A DNA stretch of 64,000 bases from Tubulanus polymorphus (Eukaryota > Animalia > Nemertea): NCBI RefSeq assembly GCF_964204645.1, contig NC_134027.1:23150560-23214559 (forward strand), in the 5' to 3' direction. The translations under genes were made by a program, and so were the position numbers. Positions 14,968 through 28,604 of the stretch are shown here, piece after piece (position 1 is the first letter of the stretch; every line of letters begins with the position of its first letter). The notes below the pieces were generated by a model that was given only the letters and a program-made list of their open reading frames with translations, made no database searches and was not told where the DNA came from.

Positions 14968-15639
14968 TGAACATTGACCTGCTGGAAATTCCTGCTGATT
15001 TGAGAGGTTACCGACATGACATGAGCCTTCTAACTGCAAATGGATTCATGGATAATGATGAAATATACTTCTACGTTTTGTTAATTTGTAATAACATAGT
15101 GTTATGAATAAATATTAGTTTATTGTGTATATTAAATGCATACAAGTAGATGATTTGATGTAATTTTGAGCCGTACATTTTGTTTTATGAAATTATGACT
15201 AATGCGATTTAATTTTCATACGTTACAAAATATAAGAATAAACAGTAATATATGAAATATACTCTCAGTAAACATGATGTAAGAATTAAAGATCGATGAC
15301 CGCTTTGAAGCAACTGTACATAGTACAAAGGAAAAAAGAGCCGATTGAAAAGAAACAAAATATAAAGAAATACCGAATGGGAATTGATAATTGAACTTAG
15401 ATTAAACATTCAGAGAACGATAAATCTTCGATTTTAACTCTAGGATTTGATAATACACTAACCATCAAATTTGAAAATAAAGAAGTGAAAATTCCATTGT
15501 ATGTTTCAGAGAAAAGAAAGGAATGATTAACGTTATTTGTTTTTTTAGAATTGATGTTTTTATATTGATATATTTATTCTATGAATTAAATCATGTTCTA
15601 TGCTTGAATCTTTTTACACTGTCGTCATCAGAATACCAT

Positions 15640-16020
15640 GTAACTGCTGTTAATGGGGTACCCGCGAAACCAGCTGTACCACCAGATGGCGCGACAAGCA
15701 GTAGGTCGTGTGTTGTCAAAATTAGTTCATTTTCAATTACATTTAAACTGGATTTTTGAACTCCTCAATCCATATACTATCACAGCACCTACCAATATAC
15801 AATACTTTCATTCTTCTGATCGGATATCGGTAAAGTTTACAAAAATGATTCATTCATTTAAGAGAAAAGTTAATTTAGGTTTAATTGAAATGTAGACGAA
15901 ATCGAACGTGGACGACCAACTATCTACTAGCGACACCTGGCGGATCCTCGCCTGCCATACGTGGAATCCTCGATTGCCACAGTAGCACTGCGGGTACCCC
16001 ATTGCATACGTAACAGACTC
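15640..16020. mobile_element. Degenerate inverted-repeat element carrying CTCF-like motifs
   Basis: aatggggtacccgc in the left arm matches gcgggtaccccatt in the right arm; CCACCAGATGGCGC at 15679-15692 (+) and CCGCCAGGTGTCGC at 15930-15943 (-). Confidence 0.5.
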
Positions 16021-16612
16021 CATCTACGCTGTCAATTCGTGATTTTACCGGATATAACGTTGAGAATCGGGAAAATTGAAATCTTTTCGACGAATAGAAA
16101 TGGTGGTTAAAATTGATCGCTATGCGGTTCATCGCAAATAAGAAGGAATCTAACGAATTTTTTTTCTAGAAATATTTATATTTATCTTTAATGGATATTA
16201 TACTTTATTCCTAGAATTCCTTTGTCCTAGTAAACAGTATGTAGAAAAAAACAAAGTATTGTTTGAATTTGAAAAAGTCTATTGCAGAATGCGATAAAAT
16301 AAAGCATCAGGCATCAACGATTGTATGCATCACCCCAACTTAGACAACAATTGGTTGATAAATGAACCAACGAATGAACCTCACAAACAACAGACATTAT
16401 ACAAAGCTCTCACCACACTTTCAGCGATCTTAAAGTTGTGTCGTGCATCAAAGGTTTCACTAGATAAATTCGTAGAAAATATTGATTTTTTAAAATAAAG
16501 GTTGCGAAGTCTAAGGCCACCAGGTTCGAACAAACAAAATCGTTATTCCTTAATCAATAAGGCTTTATTATTTTAAAGGAGTAATCGGTGTAAGAGATTG
16601 GGGTGCATTTTT

Positions 16613-16860
16613 AACAACACTAAATGTCCACAATAATTGTTGTATATATTTCATCTATATTCTATATTCCTTTAATGTTTAGATGTTTACGTGTAATAGC
16701 TCTTTGTTTCTTGAGACAGTTTGTCTGGGTCTAATGCGTTAATTGTTGTTTGTCTCACTGTCATGTCACTACTCGTCACCTTTGTTTTTGTATCATTTTC
16801 CATGTCTCCACCTGTCTCGTATCTCGAACCATTCGACCATTCTTCACGAATAGGACCGAA
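16613..16860. repeat. Interspersed repeat; a second copy at ~61784-63030 is split by a LINE
   Basis: aacaacactaaatgtc...tttcatctat and gagacagtttg...gtttgtctcactgtcatgtcac...tttgtttttgtatcattt occur at both places. Confidence 0.7.
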
Positions 16861-17579
16861 ATTAAACCATCACACTTCCCCGGCTAAACATTCTTTATCG
16901 TGTGTTGAGAGACTCAGGCCAATAGGAATTAGCACCTGATGCCTGTTCTAGTTTAGAACTAGTTCAATATTCATATGGTGACATAACTGGTAACTAGTAA
17001 AAATCTAAGAACTCACGAAAAAATTGCGATCTGTTCTTGTTCGTAGTTGACAGTGCAGCTATCTCTAAAACGTGAGGCAGTTGTGCTCTCGCTTTGATCT
17101 GAACACCGGCACAACATCTGTTGGCTTAATAAGCTGGAGATAGATTAATAAAGAAATTGCGATGAATTGAAATACCGAGTGAAAACATGCACTCATTCAA
17201 CCCGGATTTACTTTCTTTGCGCGTATTATACCTTTGCTTGAGGAGCAGCTCCGAAATACAATAAAACAAAGGATGAATAAAGATTCTTTTTGCGTGCGAG
17301 ATATCGATTGGCACCATCAAGGATTGAACTATTAAGAATTTTATTAGGAGCGCAAAGAAATACTATGATAATAAGATCGATAATAGCAAACATATTTGAT
17401 AGAATAATAGGATGAATAGTGGTCTCATATCGGAAACAAGTCATCAAGTACTCATGTGTTCATATCTAAAATATCCAGCCGGGTTTCACGATCGATTCGC
17501 TTTGTCGAACATTATTCCAATTCCCCGACACAATGTCTCCCCGATCGCTGTCGAAATGATGGCGACAAAACGAGGCGCC

Positions 17580-17586
17580 TATTTAA
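17580..17586 (+). promoter_or_regulatory. Candidate TATA box of the LamG/C-type lectin gene
   Basis: TATTTAA about 50 bp upstream of the ATG at 17631; positional evidence only. Confidence 0.35.
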
Positions 17587-17630
17587 GTTGACCGTTTCCC
17601 CTTTGCTTGAGCTCAACATCTTCATTCGAT

Positions 17631-18420
17631 ATGGAAAGGCTGACGGGCGCGAAGCGAAATACGATTATTCTTATACTTACTTCATACATATTGCCGTTCG
17701 TTCGTTTTACAACATCGTCGGAATTACCAGGTACTTTTTTACTCATCTTTCATTATTTCGAACTGTGCTTTCAAGTTTTTAAACATTTCGATCACTTTTT
17801 TTCCTATACTATACATAGTAGACAAACATTGATGATACACTATATCAATGCTGTAATAATGATAAGAGATGGAGGGGGCGTTGAGCAGGGGGCTTACGAC
17901 AAGCCACCCTAAATTCGAAACGGTACACATTTTGGAAAATGAATTTTCAGAAATCGAAATAAATCTTGGGCTTGTCGTATGCGTATCAACGGTCCGCAAC
18001 GCAACGTATCACCTTCGAATGCCTTTCGAAAAAACCATGGCCCTCATTTCAATCTCAAATCTGCGTGGCCATATACGGCGATACAATGTTATTCGATAGG
18101 CTTAGGTGTGGTCATCCGCCAGACCTTATGACTTAAATTTCCGCTTGATAGTAAACTAGTCAAATCTGGCCGTTCATACTTCATCGCCTTGCTCTGGAGC
18201 TGTACGGTCGTTTAAAAACAGATTTATCTTCAAAGAATAATCGTCAACGATCTTACAAAGAAACGAACTGCCCATGAAATCAGTGACGCCATGGGCCGAA
18301 ATGTTTCATCCATGAGCTGATAATCTAGTAGATTATTTCGACTATGTCCTAATAGTCATCATCAGGAATGAATTCCAGAAGGTGACAGGGGAAAAGTGTG
18401 GGATTTTCTATGTATACACA

Positions 18421-18481
<61 letters not shown>

Positions 18482-20420
18482 TGGCTTTGCTGCGCTTGAT
18501 TTGGTCAAATGCCAAGTTAAGAAACAATGCAATTATTCTAAATATCTCTGGTTCCTTGCTGAAATTCAATCAGTTACGTGGTTTGCGAAAAGTCGAGTTC
18601 ACTGTATATATGCGTTGACTAAACAGGTTACGAGTTGACCGATTTCGATTAAAGAATCGTCACGCGCCGAGTTCACAATTAATTCTGCATAATATGGCAG
18701 TTTTGTTATTCATATAAAATTCGTTTTCACAGAGCCGATCGGTCGATGGAAATTCATTGAAAACCATCACGATGACATCGGGCATGTGGACGCTTCTCCC
18801 AACCTTACCAAGGGTGATTTTGGGAAGACAGATGCACTGGATGCAAGCCATTCATTCACGACGAAGCATAAATCGGTTAAATTTACATCGGGACGCGAGG
18901 TAAGCGGCACTGCTTTTCGATTCCATAAGAGAAATGAAATTGAGAACATTACTGACTACAGCATGCAACACTAGTTATCCGCACGGTGTTGCCTTTTTCT
19001 CTTGCTTTTGCCTAGGTAAACCTGCAAGAACTACTTGCATATCATCATCCTCGGGTTCTACAGTGAATAGCTTTAAAGCCTTTGTCTGGATGATTCCTCT
19101 GTTCTCAAAACCATGTAATTCATCTGCTTTAATTGGCGTTTTACGTGACCAATTGACTGAAGCAGATGTTTTTCCCTGAATAAGAGGAAAGTCAATGGTT
19201 TTGTCTCGTATTGCGGACACAACAGTACCGCCGGTAAGAGTGGCACAGTGACCGAATCCGTCACTGGTCGGCATTAGTTGTGTGGTTACAGGTTTCTACG
19301 GCGCTCGAGTTTGGCCCTGTCGACCATCTGTAGAATGATACGGAAGTAATAGGGATTAATGCCTTGAGATGCAAAGAATACGATGGGGGCGTATCTAAAT
19401 GAGGAATCGATTGGAGCTCGTTTTTCTATTTCGTTTTCAGATAGTGATTAACCATTGCGAACAGGACTTCAGCCTTTTCTTCTGCATCCACCCAGACAGT
19501 TTGGCTAATGTTACTGGTGTCCGCGATGTCATTCGTTGGGACGATGATGGATCCGACAAAATTGCAACGATTCGTTTCGATTACGACAACGATACATTTA
19601 CATATCTGGACACACCGTTCAAAGATATTGCGGTAACGACCAGTGCCACCGCCGGGCGATGGACCCTCATCGAGTGGAGCCGGATAGGAAAAAAACATAA
19701 AGATAAAGTAAGTCTTTTCCATACACGTACTTCTTGTACATATTTGTATCATTCTTGTTGTCATGACTTGGTATCTATCGCGCGATATACTTAAGCCGAG
19801 TAACCTTACCTCGAAAATACACTAAGATATGTATAGTGATGGCTGATTCGGACCACATAGAAAATATATGACACTCGATCTCAAACATTGTTTTTTTTTT
19901 CATTTTACACTCTTTTCGCTCAACACTATCTTCAAACCAGTTCTTCTTTTTACGTGGTACTTTATATTTCACCGAAATCTTTATTTCTGTTTTAGGCAGG
20001 TTTTATTTCGGTTTGAAAACTAACTTTTCGTTTCATTCATTTCTCTCGTTCTGCGTGATCTAACTACCAGCATTCGTCATGAAGTTATCATACTAACCTT
20101 CAAGGCTTTACAGAATTTATCACCTCACACTTATCTGAACTCATTGCACTTTACTTTCCACTTCGTGCACTTCGATCTGCTAATCAGGTTTCGATAGTTG
20201 TTCCTTCTTTTCATTGTCAGTCTAATGGTGGTCGGACTATTCCATTTGTGTGCCAAAATTGTGGGACATGCTTCCTGGTAGCCTTCGGGCCATCAACTCC
20301 ATCGATCAATTTAGGAAGCAGCTAAATGTTATCTCTTTATTCTAAACAGCCCTTCTATCACATGTGAAGTGCCCTGAGTAGCTTCGCTAGATTTAGCGCT
20401 ATATTCATTACATCATTATT

Positions 20421-20473
<53 letters not shown>

Positions 20474-23400
20474 TATCATCATTAACGTTGCCTTTTAAGT
20501 GTAATACATTTTTATAAGACCTGAATCGGCCACCATTTACATTGATTTCAAACGCAGATATCTTATCAGAACACTTTCAAATAGCAGTCGTCCAGGCTTC
20601 ACCACCAATCAGGACCTCGAAGACGATGATCAAATTCTAACCTCAAACGTCATGTTATCGTCGAACGAGGATCGTCCAGGTGTCAGTCGAATTCAGCGCT
20701 CCATCTGAGATGCTACAAGCGACTATTCATGACCCATTAACCGGACAAGTTGGCAAGCTACGTCTTTCAACGAATACGAATGTTTTGGGATAGTGTTATT
20801 CATGTTTGTACGTAATTTAGTACGATAATATCCTAATTTCTGTTTTTTTATTAAACGTATGTCGCTCCACTCACTTAACAGGTATGCAACGACTACGCCT
20901 GCTTACTGAATAAAAAAACAAATAACTACGTCAACTCTGGCTCGTGTAAGCTCAAACTCGGAAACGCCGATGCTAGTAAATCGTTTATCGGTAGCATGCG
21001 ACACTTAGTGCTTTACAATGTGTCTATCGTTGAAAGTCATACGCTTTTCATGGCTGAACTTTGCAGTGGAAGTAAGTTTAAAGTTCAAATTATTTCATAA
21101 TTCAAAGATAGATACCAACAACATTAGTTCACAAAAACGACATCGCAGAAGTATGCATAAATCCTTTGGTAATCAAACCCTTTTTGCATAAATTGTGTAC
21201 GAACAAAATGAGACACACTCTTAAGATTTCGAAACTAACGTGCAAAGTGAATATTGTTGTCAATCGTTGAGCCTGACCAAAATATGGTCATGTTTTCGTC
21301 TTTTGACAAATTTATGGCCGAAAGAGGCACTGAGCAGATTTCAATTTCGATTTTCATGATCAACATAATATTCTAATTCAGAATTGATCGGGAAATGGCC
21401 ATTGCGCGGTAGTCTGCTAGATCAAACGGGCATGGATCACCACCTTGAAGAAACCGCCGGCGATATCACCGGAGTAGATTCGGACTATTATCAATTCGGG
21501 AAAGACGCTCTAAGTGACCGATATCTGAAAATTGGCACTCGTAAGCTAACCAATTCCCATAGAGAGTTAGTTCTATCCGTGTGTATCTACCCCGAACACC
21601 AGACTTCAAACAGCACGTTCCTCGCATTTCACCCATCTACTACATTCCGAACAGGTAAGAGGGCACCGCAAAGACTACAGAACTCTACGAAACATTCCAT
21701 TGACAAATAATTTCGGGCAGGGATAAACAAACTTATATTTTCTAGACAAAGAAGTGTGGGATGCATTTTGGCATGTTGTCTAGGAACAATTCGTGAGAAC
21801 TTAAAATCATGGGGATAAACGCGCCTATACTGTAAACCCTGTAGATCCTCCTCCACTTTTCATCAACGTTGCATATTTTCGTTGTTACGTGACAGGTACT
21901 GGTGCCGACACCCGAATCTACCTGGAAGGCGAAGACGATAGCACATTCTTCCAAACTTTCATATCTTACAATTGGAATCATTTGATATGGTACACGAAAG
22001 TCGACGTTGACCAATATGTAACGATGGTGACTGAAATACTGTGCCTCAACAGCCAATGCCAGGAGATCAATCGAGACGACACATATAGGAGACTCGTAGA
22101 AACAACTAAGTTTTTGACGCTGAAACTCGGAGGCCCCGGATTCAAAGGAAAAATGAGAGACGTGATGCTTTTTAATCGCCACAAACATTTGATCATCAAC
22201 AATCTGTTCAAGATTGAACACCACTGTAGAACGGAAGGTAAATACGGATATAGGCTTTATACGTTTTACAGGACACGTCTAGATTCTAGGACAAATCTCT
22301 TAAATTGATGGCGTATGTTTTAAGAAATAAAATTTACTTCCAATGAAAAATTATTAGCAATCCTATCTGCGATCTTGTCAACATCCAGATGATCGCAATT
22401 TTGTCAACTGATGATATTTTTGAAATGCATTTTTCATACGATATTTTTGCCAGATCCTATCGCCGCATATTTCATGAACAAAACGCTGAAAGACTTTTCC
22501 GACCAGGGAAACGATCTGCTAGCTACCGGAGCCGTCACATACACCTCAAAATCGATAGATTTTCGCAATAGCGCGCCCGTTCTGGCTATTACTCCGGTAC
22601 CAGCTAGACGCGCCACAATCTACGCGTGCATCAATATCAACCAGACCGAATCGTCGAATAAAACGATTTTTCGTTGGCACAAAGCTACAAAACCAGAAGA
22701 ACAAGATAAACACATCTATTTAAGGTCCGGTGTTTTATACATTGACGGTCACGAGTTTGGACCACTCGTTCTAGATCGGTGGTATTTTCTGCAATGGACC
22801 CACGACGAAACTGATGCAGGCGTCGCTGAAAAGCTATGCCTCGACGATTTGTGTACAACCGTTCCGACTAGTCCACCCGTTAGTGCAGTGATGAATGTCA
22901 CGTTAGGTAACTTTATGGGCTACATGAAACACGCCTTCCTTTTCAACGTCGTATTAACTACAAGTTACAAAGTAGCAATGGATTTGTGTCACGCTAAATG
23001 TAAGTACGATCAACGATATTCTATTTTAAGTTAGCGTTTTAGCACTACGTTTGTGTGGGCGGCTGGTAGCTTTTAGAACACGATAATTATGCTGGTGCAC
23101 GGTGTTACTCAAGGGAAAAATTTTGATGATAATTATTTGGGCTGCCTTTGAGAAAGAAGCCTATTAAAACTAGGGGATTCTACATCATCAAACATTCTTA
23201 TTGCAGCATATTAAGTATCCGAAGCGTTGCGCTATCATTATTTCAATTATGTATCACGATGTTAATCATTATTCAAATTTGAGAACTTTCATTGTCTTTT
23301 GTTGAATGAACGGGGTCCACTACGTTCAAGCTCATTTTTTACGAGTCCAATGTATACAATCTATACATTGTCAATATGCAATGTGTTTGATTCAAATTTT

Positions 23401-26400
23401 CTGATTCAGGTCCTGACTACGGATTTCAACTGACAAACGAGACGCAATATTCATGTGACTTCGGTTCGACGAAATTAGTAAACAGCGGTGGCGTTAAATT
23501 CTTAAAATCTGGCAAACATATGTATTCCTATCTATCGGCATCCGACAAAAGTTCGGTGGGTACATTGTTACAAGTAATCTACAGTCTGAACTGAACGTTC
23601 TCAGAAATTTGACAACATTAGCCTTTATTTCATTTTTCGAATCGTCTTCACTTCGTCTTCACTTATTTCGATTCGGTAAAGGCTGCAAACGTTTGACATA
23701 TCGGTATTGCATAAAACGCTAGCACTTCGTGTTCAGGACAATATCTAAAAACATGTTTCATATCAATGAGAACATTTAAATGAACTCCATAGGCTCGACA
23801 TTTTTTTCTAATCTTTTTTTTTCGATTGAAAGTGATCGCCCGAACTTGCGGCGAAATCATTTTGAGACATGAAATCTTATCACGGCACCTTTGGGCACTT
23901 CACGTTAGCGATGGTAAACATATCGTCGCTGTTTTCACTAACCGTCGTATCTCAAAAAAATTGATTTTTCACAAATGGCATTTGAAAATCGGGAAATGTT
24001 TGGTTGCTCGATCGGTATCGATATTCATTTCATCTCAACCTTATATTTGGCCAAAATGGAACGGTTAACCTTAATTATCATTCGATGTTATTGTTTTAGT
24101 CAAGCTCCAAGAATTGTCCGAATTTAGGGGGCCAAAGTTGTGCGTCAGTTAGTGAAAAAAATTTTATGATTCTCACAAGATACGACATCTTATCCTGTTA
24201 GATACGCCACATATGTTTGGGGCGGTTCCCGGCTTATAATTGACAGATTAACGCGGCTTTCTTAATTCGCTAAATCTGTTTCCGTGAATCTATGCATTAT
24301 GTTTTCAGTTAACTATGTCCGACAGTGTATGTCCCGAGACATTCACGCTGTACGTGTGCTTCAAGCCGAAAAACGGATCGAAGAATCTAAAACGGAGTCT
24401 AATCACGTGGAGTACCGGTAACGCCGCCAATGATCCGCAAATATATTCCCTGAATAAGAGAATAGGATACCTCAATCACGAATCCTTGCGAAAATTTCCT
24501 ACAAGCGACTGGAGTTTTATCGAGTGGACGAAATTCGCATCTAACAATGAACGGGTGAGTAATATCTATTCTCAACCGGCATGGGCAAAAATTCTCTTCA
24601 AAAAGCCTGTACCACTCTTCGTAACATACATTCAACGAGGACTCTGCGTTCGACTGTGATGCCCGATCCAGGATTTGACCTGGATCCACCAGGTGTCGTT
24701 TGTGTGCGTTCATTCGGAAAACGATGCCCGTTTTTTTTTTTACTCATAATAAACTAATATCCATCCGTTATTTCTCAATTTCTATGCATTTTTTAAAGAT
24801 CAATCCAGCCATTTGAATTTATCAAGGCAAACGATTTGCTTAATGTTTGACGAGGGAGACTAATCAATTTACTGAAAGTAAAGTCAATGCTGATAAAGAT
24901 GCTTTCATGATACGTTCGCCATCCATCCGGCATCTATATGGATAACTGATGGCATTTAGGATCCTGTTCGTCCGTACCGCAGAAACATTTGTGCGTGACA
25001 CTATTTGCTGATATATGGGCGCATAGCTTAACAGTGCAGAATTTCTTTGTTATGGGTGGAATTTTAGTCCATATTTAATGAATATCTTTACATTACAGAT
25101 CTGCAGAGATGAAGTTTGTACTGATATCACCGACGGCGGAGTCTACAACAATGGAAGCTGTGATCTTGTGATCGGTTCGGGAAATTACGAAGGTTTCGTT
25201 AAACACGTTTACCTATTCGACGAGCCACTCAGAAAACAATATCGATGGTTGAGGGACGTATGCACTGAAGGTACAGCTTAAATATCTAAGAAGGAATCAT
25301 CCCTGAATTATTACCAATATGTATATTGGATCCCTATTCAGTAGCATTCATCCAACTGCTAATTGTCTACGGAGTTGCATCCAGAATATCAACTGCGGTA
25401 TTCTTTTTGCGAGTAGTCTCTCCGACGGGGTGGTTTCAGGCGAACTCGTTCAATTCTACAGATATAACTTCAGAGTTGTCAGAAACAGTTTATTTTCAAT
25501 AAGTGTGAAGTATGACGTCAACAACAAAGCATTTACTCTGCGTAACAATGAATGATATGCTATGGTGACTTCTATTTATCTACGAATAAATGCAACTCAT
25601 TTTTTGCAGTATATATTGAGAGAGCCAAGAGCAAATTTCCAAAGATGACGCTCGATGAACTATGTGAACTATGGACATACGGATGGCCACGTACGATTAC
25701 CAAAAAATCATTGACTTCCTTTTCACGTGGAGTACAACTCCACGACATCGTAAGACTGCCACATTTTCGGGATACGAATCTGAGAAACTCTGCCACCTCT
25801 TGCCGCAAGCAATGCGTGCGATGTCCTAGGTATTTGTGCCTCGTTGCCAATCGAACCATAGAATGATATCAAATTCCGCATGATAACGATATTACGCTAG
25901 ACGTATCGGCCCAACTCCGCGCGGTTGCGCCACCGCGCGGGATTTACGCGAAGCAGCAAACACAAACATGGCCACTCTCTCAATTTTCAATGATAGAAAT
26001 CGTGTGTGCATTTCAATTATTTCGGCTGTTAGGGTTTTAAGGCACAATATAAGTTGATGATGTGATATGGCGATGTTAATTAATGATAATTCCGCAGTGA
26101 AGCTAGTCACGAACGGTGCCGATTGAGTGTACAGCTGCCAAAAACACTGAAATGTGCATAGTTGCGTAACTATTTGCAGTGAATTGCTGACGACGTTTAA
26201 AAAAATACAAATCGCAATTGTAATATAAAAATGAGATAGAACCTAAGTTAAAATTCTGGCCATTTCTAAAATGTTATTACTAACTATTAATGTTATTACT
26301 GACTATTATTGTCAGTGCCGAACGTTTAGTTTTCCAACAATAATGAGGGGTGGTAGGTAGTCATGCAATTCAAGTCATCATTTATCACACGTTACTTCCG

Positions 26401-28604
26401 TGTCGTTGAAAATCTCGCGAGTCCTGGACCAAACCCCATTGAACAATGTGATCTGTGTGCTGGCCACAAATGCACACAGATCACACTACACCACCCATTA
26501 AACACTCCAGTACCCACAGCTTTCATATATCCATCCAAATATTTAGAGTGTCTTTCTTCCTGGATTGTACTCCATCTATGCTCGACTGGCTGGACTAGTT
26601 CAGCGACTATGGCAGAAGTTCAATACTTACGATGCAATCAGGTTCGAATCCCGGTTAGGCGGAATAACGGAATTTAGCCAATGCTAACTCGTTCGTTAAC
26701 TAATTCGTTTTTAGACGTATGTAATCTGTAATTACTACTGGTTTTGTAGATGCTAAACCGTGCCTGAGAGGACGCTTTCCAGACGGTGAAAAAATCAAAC
26801 ATCAGAAGTTCAGCATAGCTGTCACATACGCGGATGCGCAAAGAAGCTGTTTAGCACTCGGAATGGATATCTTGAATAACCACAGATGCTTGGACACCGG
26901 GAATATGGACGATTAGTGAGTCGAGAAAGAAAACACAATATCCGTGTATGATGAATAAACGCGAGAAATCCCACGATAAATGCAGCCAAATCGAGAAACT
27001 TGTGATGACGCCTGAAGATGGCTAATAGTCTTTAGCCGAAACGTTGCGCAAATATATACTCTTCTATTCAAGTTTCTCGTTTTGGCTGTATTTATTGTGG
27101 GTTGTCTCGTGGTTTGGACGATAAGTCGGTACATCATTTCTTAGTCGCTTTGAGTTGTTTTGCGTGTTTTGATAAATGTTTCATTTCGATTCAATTTTAG
27201 TCCGGATGAATTTTGGCAACACTCGAACATAGGAAACGGGACGATATGTGAAACACTTTCAAAACACGCCACAGAAGATAAGTTTATCAAGTCGAAGCGT
27301 CCGTGTGGTGACGAAATCCCCTTCGTTTGTGTAGAGAAATATTACAGGTCAGTCAGTAAACATTTTATGTTTGGCCCATCTAAAGTTTAATGAATTTGCC
27401 TCCAGCGACTATACAACAGGCAATCCGCTTAGCGGCGCACGTTTTCGAACTAGACTTTCGTAGTTAGTCGAGTGGTCGGAACTACAAAGCGAACGCACTA
27501 TATTTGGTCTTTGAACTCGGTCCGAACTACAGCGACTGTGCTCAATCCCGTGGTCGACTATTGCCGGAACATGGTTCCGACTAACTGGCATCGGGTTTCA
27601 CTTAGTTCGTAAATGATCAACTATTCCCGCTGCCAAACATCCTCTCCTGACAGGGATTCGAACCTGATGGCATTGCTACACTCAGCCACGGCACGAACCG
27701 TGGCAATCTCGATACCATCAGGTTCGAATCCCTGGCGGGGAGGATGGCTACCAAAGTTCGCCTTGCCTCATTGTAAGGTGCGCAATGAGACATCGTGTCT
27801 TGCCGTGGCTGTGTCTCGATGCCATCAGGTTAATATCCCTGCTGAAGGAGGATGTATTTGAAGGAACACAAATCAGTGAAATCAAAGCTTGTTCATGATT
27901 ATATGCTGAACGAGAAATGATATGATTTTTTTTTGTTGCGCAGGTTTCCGTCTAGAACCGGATCGGTACTCCACGAGCTAAATAGAAAAGTCGGGATTTG
28001 TAACAAGCTGCCAGAGAATGACGGAGAAGCGACATACGGGTGGTAAATATCTTTAGACTTCAGAAAGAGGAACCGCATGCCTCTAGGATGATTGAGAAGT
28101 GTTTGGTTATATTAAGTAAAATCAAATTTGTTTTATTTTGTATATAACAGTATTTTTGGTTCATTGGTTTAATTTGCTTAACGTCGTTCGGATCTTGGGT
28201 TCCCAAGACTAACCCTATTAGATTCATTATTAACATCACGACTGGACGACCATTGAGCTGTTACCGCGCGCGCACAATTCACGGTGAATCACTTAGTATA
28301 ATCAAAATTCAACAAAAACCTCTACGATAAAACGATTTATTGGATATGACTAAAAAAGAATTTTGTCCCAACTATAAAAATGTAATTAATCTCACACTGG
28401 ATATAACGAACTATCAGTTATAACGAACGTATTTTCTTGTCCGGTGAATTTCGTCGTAACAAGGTTCCACAGTGTGAATAAACAAATGTTTCTTACTTGA
28501 ATAACTGAATAACTTCAAGTGAGCAAGTTTTCTCTGATTGAATGAATCCAAATAGCGTTTGTTCTTTATATTTCAGCATGTTTAAAGCGTCAATGTGCAA
28601 CTAG
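17631..28604 (+). CDS. Secreted ~989-aa protein: signal peptide, 4 LamG/pentraxin-like (concanavalin-A fold) domains, C-type-lectin-like domain, short Cys-containing tail
   Basis: Exons 17631-17730, 18733-18899, 19441-19707, 20882-21071, 21382-21654, 21896-22237, 22454-22999, 23410-23555, 24309-24554, 25099-25270, 25610-25690, 26750-26915, 27201-27347, 27944-28042, 28577-28604 join in frame (2970 nt). Repeated motifs: PIGRWKF / LIGKWPL / PIAAYFM; F[ST]LxxCxxP; WxxxEW; LG..F.G.MRHLVLYN / GFKGKMRDVMLFN / NFMGYMKHAFLFN / YEGFVKHVYLFD. Lectin-like motifs: TYADAQRSCLALG...FW...C...PCGDEIPFVC. Confidence 0.78.
18415..18480. repeat. Compound microsatellite (GCAC)n(CA)n
   Basis: Directly visible. 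Confidence 0.95.
20060..20485 (+). mobile_element. 3' end of a decayed L2/CR1-group LINE with a (CAT)n tail
   Basis: Broken translation LTFKAL...LSELIALYFPLRALRS...PKLWDMLPGSLR...FRKQL resembles the L2 ORF2 C-terminus and is followed by (CAT)n at ~20405-20483. Confidence 0.7.
27638..27855. repeat. Inverted pair plus a third copy of a B-box (GGTTCGAATCC)-containing repeat, SINE- or MITE-like
   Basis: catcctctcctgacagggattcgaacctgatgg...ccacgg cacgaa ccgtgg...ccatcaggttcgaatccctggcggggaggatg; related copies near 26640 and at 44946-45234. Confidence 0.65.
28393..28475. mobile_element. Possible terminus of a pogo/Tigger-like MITE
   Basis: Repeated atataacgaac / ttataacgaac ending in tcgtaacaaggttccacagtgt; no partner terminus was found. 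Confidence 0.35.

Noticed and set aside
18382-18638. His/Thr-rich ORFs in the ORF track
   Set aside because: They are translations of the (GCAC)n(CA)n microsatellite.
26600-26670. tRNA genes at GGTTCGAATCC motifs (also ~27720, 45208, 51536)
   Set aside because: Only the T-loop/B-box is recognisable; I could not build a cloverleaf, and the copies look like a dispersed repeat.
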